A stretch of 43,411 nucleotides of DNA, taken from a virus. Taxonomy: Duplodnaviria; Heunggongvirae; Uroviricota; Caudoviricetes. A program made the translations under genes and the position numbers. The notes below the pieces were generated by a model, which searched no databases, was not told where the DNA came from, and saw only the letters and a list, made by a program, of their open reading frames with translations. Positions within the stretch are counted from its first letter, which is position 1, and each line of letters opens with the position of its first letter. Of this stretch, positions 37,488 through 43,411 are shown piece after piece. The stretch is from the IMG/VR virus record IMGVR_UViG_2541047907_000004, positions 1 to 43,411 of that record, one strand, 5' to 3'.

Positions 37488-37624
37488 CCATCAATCACCA
37501 GATGCTTCGTGCTGCACAAAACAAAGCAGTAATAGCCAGATTTATTGGTGATTCCAAAATGTGGCTTGAAGCAAATAAAGCGATGAAATCAGCTATCAAC
37601 CTTCCGTGGTATCGCAGGAAATGA
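37472..37624 (+). CDS. Kil-like small protein (possible host division inhibitor)
   Basis: 50 aa MRNEIAINHQMLRAAQNKAVIARFIGDSKMWLEANKAMKS...; the FIGD..KM..EA motif resembles my recollection of lambda Kil; weak assignment. Confidence 0.4.
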   Translation: MRNEIAINHQMLRAAQNKAVIARFIGDSKMWLEANKAMKSAINLPWYRRK

Positions 37625-37779
37625 GTTTTACAGATAACTGGTCAGACGAAGAATTCATTCGTCAGATGAAAGAATTAATCGGTAACGAAGGAGATATTCA
37701 TGTCACTTGCAACCACAGTGAAGGAGAGCAAGTTACAGAGACGCATGTACACGCAGAAAGCTCTCTGGTATCGCCATAA
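37621..37779 (+). CDS. Hypothetical small protein (52 aa) just upstream of erf (Arf-like position)
   Basis: ATG overlaps the upstream stop (ATGA); found by manual translation. Confidence 0.3.
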   Translation: MSFTDNWSDEEFIRQMKELIGNEGDIHVTCNHSEGEQVTETHVHAESSLVSP

Positions 37780-37880
37780 TGGTGACCGCGAAGGAATGCG
37801 GGTATGCCTTAATTTGTCCAGAGTCGAAGTATTAAACCAGCGTTATTTCCTTGGGCCGTGTCCATTCTGAGAACAATCAT

Positions 37881-38486
37881 ATGAGCAAAGAATTTTACGC
37901 AAGACTGGCAGCTATTCAGGAGAATCTGAACGCGCCAAAGAATCAGTACAACTCATTCGGCAAATATAAATACAGAAGCTGCGAAGATATTCTTGAAGGC
38001 GTTAAGCCGTTACTGAATGGTCTGTTTTTATCAATCAGCGATGAAGTTGTGTTGATTGGTGATCGGTATTACGTGAAAGCCACGGCAACTATTACCGATG
38101 GCGAAAACAGTCATACGGCAACCGCTCTTGCACGAGAGGAAGAAAGCAAGAAAGGAATGGATTCTGCACAAGTTACGGGAGCTACAAGCTCTTATGCACG
38201 CAAGTATTGCCTCAATGGTTTGTTCGGCATTGATGATGCGAAAGATGCAGATACCGACGAGCATAAACATCAGCAGAACGCAGCAGCAAAGCAATCAAAA
38301 CCATCACCTACACCTGAACAGGTTCTAAAAGCATTCACTGACGCAGCATTGCAGAAAAACACCGTGGAAGAGCTTAAACAGGCGTTCGCCAAAGCGTGGA
38401 AGATGCTCGAAGGCACACCTGAGCAGCACAAAGCGCAGGACGTTTACAACATCAGACGAGACGAATTAGAAGGAGCGGCTGCTTAA
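37881..38486 (+). CDS. erf: Erf single-strand annealing recombinase
   Basis: From MSKEFYARLAAIQENLNAPKNQYNSFGKYKYRSCEDILEGVKPLLNGLFLSISDEVVLIGDRYYVKATA..., matching remembered P22 Erf. Confidence 0.9.
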   Translation: MSKEFYARLAAIQENLNAPKNQYNSFGKYKYRSCEDILEGVKPLLNGLFLSISDEVVLIGDRYYVKATATITDGENSHTATALAREEESKKGMDSAQVTGATSSYARKYCLNGLFGIDDAKDADTDEHKHQQNAAAKQSKPSPTPEQVLKAFTDAALQKNTVEELKQAFAKAWKMLEGTPEQHKAQDVYNIRRDELEGAAA

Positions 38487-38869
38487 TGGCACATTCGATT
38501 ACTGTAAGACTAAACAAGCCCACAAGAGAGTTTCAGGCAGGGGAAAATATCGGATTCAACATCCGTGCTGGCGTTCAGTATTACGATCGCCAGACAAAAA
38601 AGAAAGAATGGACAAACTACAGCGCCGTTGTATTTGCCAAGCCTGGAGCGCAAGCGGATTACTACCGTAGTGTTCTTGTTGAAGGTGGCATTGTGGAAAT
38701 TACCGGAGAAAACATCAGGGTTGATGTTTATCAGGGGCAAAATGGTCAATCAATCACTCTTGAATTACTGAATGCAAAGATTGGATTTGCAACTTCAGGA
38801 AACAGCCAACAGCAACAAAGTAGCAATCATCAAAATCATCCTGAATACGACGATTCAATTCCCTTCTAA
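38486..38869 (+). CDS. Phage single-stranded DNA-binding protein (short SSB with C-terminal acidic tip)
   Basis: 127 aa; start overlaps erf stop (TAATG); OB-fold-like pattern and C-terminal ...PEYDDSIPF resembling the SSB DDDIPF tail. Confidence 0.6.
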   Translation: MAHSITVRLNKPTREFQAGENIGFNIRAGVQYYDRQTKKKEWTNYSAVVFAKPGAQADYYRSVLVEGGIVEITGENIRVDVYQGQNGQSITLELLNAKIGFATSGNSQQQQSSNHQNHPEYDDSIPF

Positions 38870-38892
38870 ATTAGCAAAATAAGGATTCCATT

Positions 38893-39186
38893 ATGCCAGC
38901 GCCTCTGTATGGTGCGGACGACGCGCGCCGCTGTTCCGGCAATTCCGTATCGGAGGTGCTGGATAAATTCAGAAAAAACTACGATCGGATAATGTCGCTA
39001 CCACAGGAAACGAAAGAGGAAAAGGAATTTCGCCATTGCATATGGCTTGCAGAGAAAGAAGAACGCGAGCGAATTTACCAGACATCAATCCGACCATTCC
39101 GCAAAGCCACATATACCCACTTCCCTGAAATTGACCCGCGCCTGCGTAATTACCGCTCACGCTATGGCGCTATCAGTAATGACTGA
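38893..39186 (+). CDS. abc2: Anti-RecBCD protein Abc2
   Basis: 97 aa [63 protein letters not shown]... matching remembered P22 Abc2. Confidence 0.8.
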   Translation: MPAPLYGADDARRCSGNSVSEVLDKFRKNYDRIMSLPQETKEEKEFRHCIWLAEKEERERIYQTSIRPFRKATYTHFPEIDPRLRNYRSRYGAISND

Positions 39187-39196
39187 GGAATTTACC

Positions 39197-39364
39197 ATGA
39201 GAGGACTTGCATACAATCCCGGCATTCTTCCGGCAGAAATGATTATTCGCCAACGCGTAAAGCCAATGCCATCGAGAGAGGAATTGCTTAAGAGAAATTC
39301 TTTTCCGTCAGTAAATCAAAACAAATATCTGAATGCGATGTGGCGCAAAGGAGGCAAGCAGTGA
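39197..39364 (+). CDS. Hypothetical small protein (55 aa)
   Basis: ATG downstream of GAGGAA; stop overlaps the next gene's GTG start. Confidence 0.35.
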   Translation: MRGLAYNPGILPAEMIIRQRVKPMPSREELLKRNSFPSVNQNKYLNAMWRKGGKQ

Positions 39365-39660
39365 GTGTATGTCTTATTGATAAACGTCGACGTGGGCAAC
39401 AAATACCATCTGTTGGAATGCCGAATCACACATGGTTTTGCGTACTTGATATCGATGGTATGGATGCGTTGGTTGACACTCGTCATTACTGCGATACCGC
39501 AACAGCTACTCCGGCGAAAGCAAAGAAAATGGCTGCTCTGATAGAAAACTGGACTCCACCTGATGGTTGGTGCAATGGGAATGATCGAGATTGGCATGAA
39601 AAAATGAAGGGCTATATCTGCGATTTCTTACGTAAATGCAACGGCTTCAGGGTGATGTGA
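39361..39660 (+). CDS. Hypothetical protein (99 aa, Cys/Trp-rich)
   Basis: GTG start 7 nt downstream of AAGGAGG; translationally coupled to the upstream small ORF. Confidence 0.45.
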   Translation: MSVCLIDKRRRGQQIPSVGMPNHTWFCVLDIDGMDALVDTRHYCDTATATPAKAKKMAALIENWTPPDGWCNGNDRDWHEKMKGYICDFLRKCNGFRVM

Positions 39661-39661
39661 T

Positions 39662-40245
39662 ATGACCAAATTAACTATCAGGCACTGCGTGAAGCGGCAG
39701 AAAAAGCAACGTGGGGAGACTGGGACTCATATAAACCACACCGTGGCGCACGTGGTTATGAGGTCCGACTAAGTAGTCAGGCCATTGCGCAACACGTTCT
39801 GAAAAACAACGCTGAATTTATTGCTGCCTTTAATCCAAAGGTTGCTTTGGCACTACTGGATGAACGGGAAAGGAACCAGCAATACATCAAACGCCGCGAC
39901 CAGGAGAACGAGGATATTGCGCTAACGGTAGGGAAGCTGCGTGTTGAGCTGGAAGCCGCAGAGAAGCGCATTGCAGAACTGGAAGCACGGGAAATAAAAC
40001 CAGCCAGAGGTGAAGTTCTTGTCGTTGTATCTGGTTTTACTGGTTGCGGGAAAAGCACCATTGCCGGGGAAATAGAAATTGCGATGAAAGCTATTGGTGT
40101 GCCGGTTCAATGGACTAATGTCGATGCAGAAAAGCGTATGAGCGGCGCTGACTGGCTGACAGCGATTGAGATGTACAAACCAAATGTGCGCATCGTGGAA
40201 GTTAATGTGCCACGCGTCGCTGGCATTCGCATCAAAGGAGAGTGA
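39662..40245 (+). pseudogene. Ead/Ea22-like gene with apparent 5' frameshift (no in-frame ATG)
   Basis: Long open frame (YDQINYQALREAAEKATWGDW...RIAELEAREIKPARGEV...) starts with no ATG; the only nearby ATG (39662) is in the +1 frame and stops after 36 codons; an extra A in the A3 run would put ATG in frame. Confidence 0.4.
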
Positions 40246-40246
40246 T

Positions 40247-41026
40247 ATGGGCGCTATAACCAAAGAACGTATCAAATTATTCATTAAAAATCCGCTTGAT
40301 AACGGACTTACTCGTGGCGAACAAATGGAACTGGCACGAATTGCGCTGGCATCGCTGGAAGCAGAGCCAACAGGTGCATTCCACATTGCTGAACAGCAAG
40401 TTGACGGCACAAGTGACTATCTCAAGGATGGAGAATGGCCTATTGATAATGGGATTATTGAAGTCTACGCCGCTCCGCCAGTACCGGTAGTACCTGCTGC
40501 ATTACCTGAGAACGACGATGAGGACGGGCATGACATTGATTATCTTGAGCCATCTGAAGTTTACGCGCTTGGGCGAACAGCTGGCTGGAACTCCTGCCGC
40601 GCCGCCATGCTTCAGGCCGAACCTGTAAGTAATAGTGATGAGTTACCGCTGGACTATCTGCAAGGACACAAAGACGGCCTGGAGTGGGCTGCACAATTGG
40701 CAGAAGCCAATCATCCGCAAACAGGTGACTGGTTGTACGACGACTCAATCGATCTTGCCAGGGCGATTCGCAAAGGTCCGGATATGCCTACTGTTCAGGG
40801 TGGCAATTCTCCGGTAACTCCGGATGGTTGGATAAGCTGTAGTGAGCGAATGCCGGATACCAAAACAGCCGTTCTTGTTGCCGTGGAGTTTGACAGGAAA
40901 GGTGACTGGCGAATGAAATGGGCGACTTATATCCCGGGGCATCCTGACGCTAATGATGGGTGGTTAATTCCTGGTGCGTCGTGGAAACCGTCACACTGGA
41001 TGCCGCTACCAGAGCCTCCACTTTGA
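40247..41026 (+). CDS. DUF551-domain protein
   Basis: 259 aa from ATG 40247; C-terminal block PDGWISCSERMPDTKTAVLV...WKPSHWMPLPEPP fits the DUF551 signature as I recall it. Confidence 0.6.
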   Translation: MGAITKERIKLFIKNPLDNGLTRGEQMELARIALASLEAEPTGAFHIAEQQVDGTSDYLKDGEWPIDNGIIEVYAAPPVPVVPAALPENDDEDGHDIDYLEPSEVYALGRTAGWNSCRAAMLQAEPVSNSDELPLDYLQGHKDGLEWAAQLAEANHPQTGDWLYDDSIDLARAIRKGPDMPTVQGGNSPVTPDGWISCSERMPDTKTAVLVAVEFDRKGDWRMKWATYIPGHPDANDGWLIPGASWKPSHWMPLPEPPL

Positions 41027-41122
41027 AAGCGAAGCTTATACATATCTTTTACATCAGCAATCTATTGTTAATCTCCAATCAATGTTACGTTGTCATCTCT
41101 CTCATGCTTTGGAGGTAGTGAT

Positions 41123-41302
41123 ATGTCTTGTCCAAAATGCGGTTCTGGAAATATTGCAAAAGAAAAAACAATGCGTGGATGGTCTGGTGATTATGTGTGC
41201 TGCGATTGCGGATACAACGACTCTAAAGACGCATTTGGAGAGCGTGGTAAAAACGAGTTTGTTAAAATTAATAAAGAACGCGAAGGCAACGAAAAAAGCT
41301 AA
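41123..41302 (+). CDS. Small zinc-ribbon protein (59 aa)
   Basis: ATG downstream of GGAGG; CPKCGSG...CCDCGYND four-cysteine motif. Confidence 0.45.
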   Translation: MSCPKCGSGNIAKEKTMRGWSGDYVCCDCGYNDSKDAFGERGKNEFVKINKEREGNEKS

Positions 41303-41366
41303 TTTATTTATTCATATATGAAAACAATGTAACCAATATTCGAATTGAAGAACTGAAAGAACACCA

Positions 41367-41390
41367 AGCCGCCTGATGGCGGTTTTTTCT
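41367..41390 (+). terminator. Intrinsic terminator upstream of torI
   Basis: Hairpin agccgcc-tgat-ggcggtt followed by tttttt. Confidence 0.6.
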
Positions 41391-41398
41391 TGCCTGAT

Positions 41399-41414
41399 TT
41401 GCAGGTTCGATTCC
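41399..41414 (+). repeat. 16-bp copy of the argW T-arm segment (TTGCAGGTTCGATTCC), inside the prophage upstream of torI
   Basis: Exact match to tRNA positions 1054-1069, the segment immediately 5' of the att core in the tRNA; here separated from the attR core by 293 bp. Confidence 0.6.
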
Positions 41415-41433
41415 CTATTCGGAGATAGCACTC

Positions 41434-41634
41434 ATGCAACACGAACTACAGCCTGATTCCCTGGTTGATTTGAAATTCATCATGGCCGATACTGGCTTTG
41501 GTAAAACCTTCATCTACGACCGGATTAAGTCCGGCGACCTGCCAAAAGCCAAAGTTATCCACGGTCGAGCAAGATGGTTATATCGTGACCATTGTGAATT
41601 CAAAAATAAACTCTTAAGCCGCGCCAATGGGTAA
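41434..41634 (+). CDS. torI: Excisionase / recombination directionality factor TorI (AlpA-family winged helix)
   Basis: 66 aa MQHELQPDSLVDLKFIMADTGFGKTFIYDRIKSGDLPKAKVIHGRARWLYRDHCEFKNKLLSRANG, matching remembered K-12 TorI; located next to attR. Confidence 0.85.
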   Translation: MQHELQPDSLVDLKFIMADTGFGKTFIYDRIKSGDLPKAKVIHGRARWLYRDHCEFKNKLLSRANG

Positions 41635-41707
41635 AATAGCGGGTAAAATATTTCTCACATCTAAAAAACACCATTCCAGTCAATCCCCTGCCGCTTCAAG
41701 TAGATGT

Positions 41708-41722
41708 CTGCAGGGGACACCA
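41708..41722 (+). repeat. attR core (CTGCAGGGGACACCA)
   Basis: Exact 15-bp repeat of the tRNA 3' end including CCA. Confidence 0.75.
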
Positions 41723-42163
41723 GATACCCTTCAAACGAAATCTACCTTCACCCCGTAAAAGATGGGTTTGGCAGCACACTTGCCTTATATCTACTCATTT
41801 TTACTGCAACAGGTTGAAATCTCAGCACTGTCAGAAAGCGCTGATGACTAAACAGCCCTGAGCCGGGCGATGTAACCATCACACAGAATCCTGATAGCGA
41901 AATATGGCGTGACTCGATACTTCACTCCGCAATGCATTCCTTGATGAATTCGCAGGACCGTGATACACGGGACAGGTCACTGAATGACGACAATGTCCTG
42001 GAAATCAGCGAACCGCGCATCTGAAGTACATTTGAGCGACTGTACCAGAACATGAATGAGGCGTTTGGATTAGGCGATTATTAGCAGGGCTAAGCATTTT
42101 ACTATTATTATTTTCCGGTTGAGGGATATAGAGCTATCGACAACAACCGGAAAAAGTTTACGT

Positions 42164-43411
42164 CTATATTGCTGAAGGTACAGGCGTTTCCATAACTATT
42201 TGCTCGCGTTTTTTACTCAAGAAGAAAATGCCAAATAGCAACATCAGGCAGACAATACCCGAAATTGCGAAGAAAACTGTCTGGTAGCCTGCGTGGTCAA
42301 AGAGTATCCCAGTCGGCGTTGAAAGCAGCACAATCCCAAGCGAACTGGCAATTTGAAAACCAATCAGAAAGATCGTCGACGACAGGCGCTTATCAAAGTT
42401 TGCCACGCTGTATTTGAAGACGGATATGACACAAAGTGGAACCTCAATGGCATGTAACAACTTCACTAATGAAATAATCCAGGGGTTAACGAACAGCGCG
42501 CAGGAAAGGATACGCAACGCCATAATCACAACTCCGATAAGTAATGCATTTTTTGGCCCTACCCGATTCACAAAGAAAGGAATAATCGCCATGCACAGCG
42601 CTTCGAGTACCACCTGGAATGAGTTGAGATAACCATACAGGCGCGTTCCTACATCGTGTGATTCGAATAAACCTGCATAAAAGACAGGAAAAAGTTGTTG
42701 ATCAAAAATGTTATAGAAAGACCACGTCCCCACAATAAATATGACGAAAACCCAGAAGTTTCGATCCTTGAAAACTGCGATAAAATCCTCTTTTTTTACC
42801 CCTCCCGCATCTGCCGCTACGCACTGGTGATCCTTATCTTTAAAACGCATGTTGATCATCATAAATACAGCGCCAAATAGCGAGACCAACCAGAAGTTGA
42901 TATGGGGACTGATACTAAAAAATATGCCGGCAAAGAACGCGCCAATAGCATAGCCAAAAGATCCCCAGGCGCGCGCTGTTCCATATTCGAAATGAAAATT
43001 TCGCGCCATTTTTTCGGTGAAGCTATCAAGCAAACCGCATCCCGCCAGATACCCCAAGCCAAAAAATAGCGCCCCCAGAATTAGACCTACAGAAAAATTG
43101 CTTTGCAGTAACGGTTCATAAACGTAAATCATAAACGGTCCGGTCAAGACCAGGATGAAACTCATACACCAGATGAGCGGTTTCTTCAGACCGAGTTTAT
43201 CCTGAACGATGCCGTAGAACATCATAAATAGAATGCTGGTAAACTGGTTGACCGAATAAAGTGTACCTAATTCCGTCCCTGTCAACCCTAGATGTCCTTT
43301 CAGCCAAATAGCGTATAACGACCACCACAGCGACCAGGAAATAAAAAAGAGAAATGAGTAACTGGATGCAAAACGATAGTACGCATTTCTGAATGGAATA
43401 TTCAGTGCCAT
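42164..43411 (-). CDS. cscB: Sucrose:H+ symporter CscB (MFS, LacY-like oligosaccharide symporter family)
   Basis: Complete 415-aa ORF whose start codon is the last three bases of the window; 12-TM hydrophobic profile; MALNIPFRNAYYRFASSYSFLFFISWSLWWSLYAIWLKG... matches remembered CscB. Confidence 0.85.
   Translation of the reverse strand: MALNIPFRNAYYRFASSYSFLFFISWSLWWSLYAIWLKGHLGLTGTELGTLYSVNQFTSILFMMFYGIVQDKLGLKKPLIWCMSFILVLTGPFMIYVYEPLLQSNFSVGLILGALFFGLGYLAGCGLLDSFTEKMARNFHFEYGTARAWGSFGYAIGAFFAGIFFSISPHINFWLVSLFGAVFMMINMRFKDKDHQCVAADAGGVKKEDFIAVFKDRNFWVFVIFIVGTWSFYNIFDQQLFPVFYAGLFESHDVGTRLYGYLNSFQVVLEALCMAIIPFFVNRVGPKNALLIGVVIMALRILSCALFVNPWIISLVKLLHAIEVPLCVISVFKYSVANFDKRLSSTIFLIGFQIASSLGIVLLSTPTGILFDHAGYQTVFFAISGIVCLMLLFGIFFLSKKREQIVMETPVPSAI

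Larger units (their letters stand above)
1084..41707. mobile_element. Intact lambdoid prophage (P22/Sf6-like morphogenesis module, lambda-like early region, KplE1-type IntS/TorI recombination module) integrated at argW
   Basis: Bounded by the 15-bp direct repeats of the tRNA 3' end; contains full sets of integration, immunity, replication, lysis, packaging, head and tail genes. Confidence 0.85.

Noticed and set aside
39922-40410. 162-codon minus-strand ORF opposite the ead-like and DUF551 genes
   Set aside because: Antisense to two plus-strand genes in a uniformly plus-strand operon; Ser/Ala/Cys-rich translation without start context.

Overview
The window is an Escherichia coli chromosomal segment: yfdC (1-933, +), tRNA-Arg(CCU) argW (1009-1083, +), a complete ~40.6-kb lambdoid prophage integrated into the 3' end of argW (attL core 1069-1083, attR core 41708-41722), then the sucrose permease gene cscB (42164-43411, -). 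The prophage is a mosaic. Its integrase and excisionase sit at opposite ends (IntS-like at attL, TorI-like at attR), as in the K-12 KplE1/CPS-53 remnant. Its structural module is P22/Sf6-like (terminase, portal, scaffold, coat, gp4/10/26/14/7/20/16, tailspike with P22-type head-binding N-terminus) and it carries a P22 immI region (ant, arc, mnt with both operators). Its early region is lambda-like (Q, nin region, DnaC-like loader, O with iterons, cII, cro, cI, N with nutL/nutR, then ral, kil-like, erf, ssb, abc2, ead-like, DUF551). An IS3-family element (1310 bp, consistent with IS629) splits the ninI phosphatase gene, and an HNH endonuclease gene sits at the 5' end of ninG. The most interesting part is a cargo island (6147-8907) at the position where P22 carries sieA. 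It holds a ClpP-like serine peptidase gene translationally coupled to mnt, a DUF4065/Panacea-like gene followed 4 nt later by an unknown 139-aa protein (candidate toxin-antitoxin or abortive-infection pair), and three small membrane or coiled-coil proteins in separate transcription units. All protein identifications are from reading the ORF translations against remembered sequences and motifs; no database search was run.
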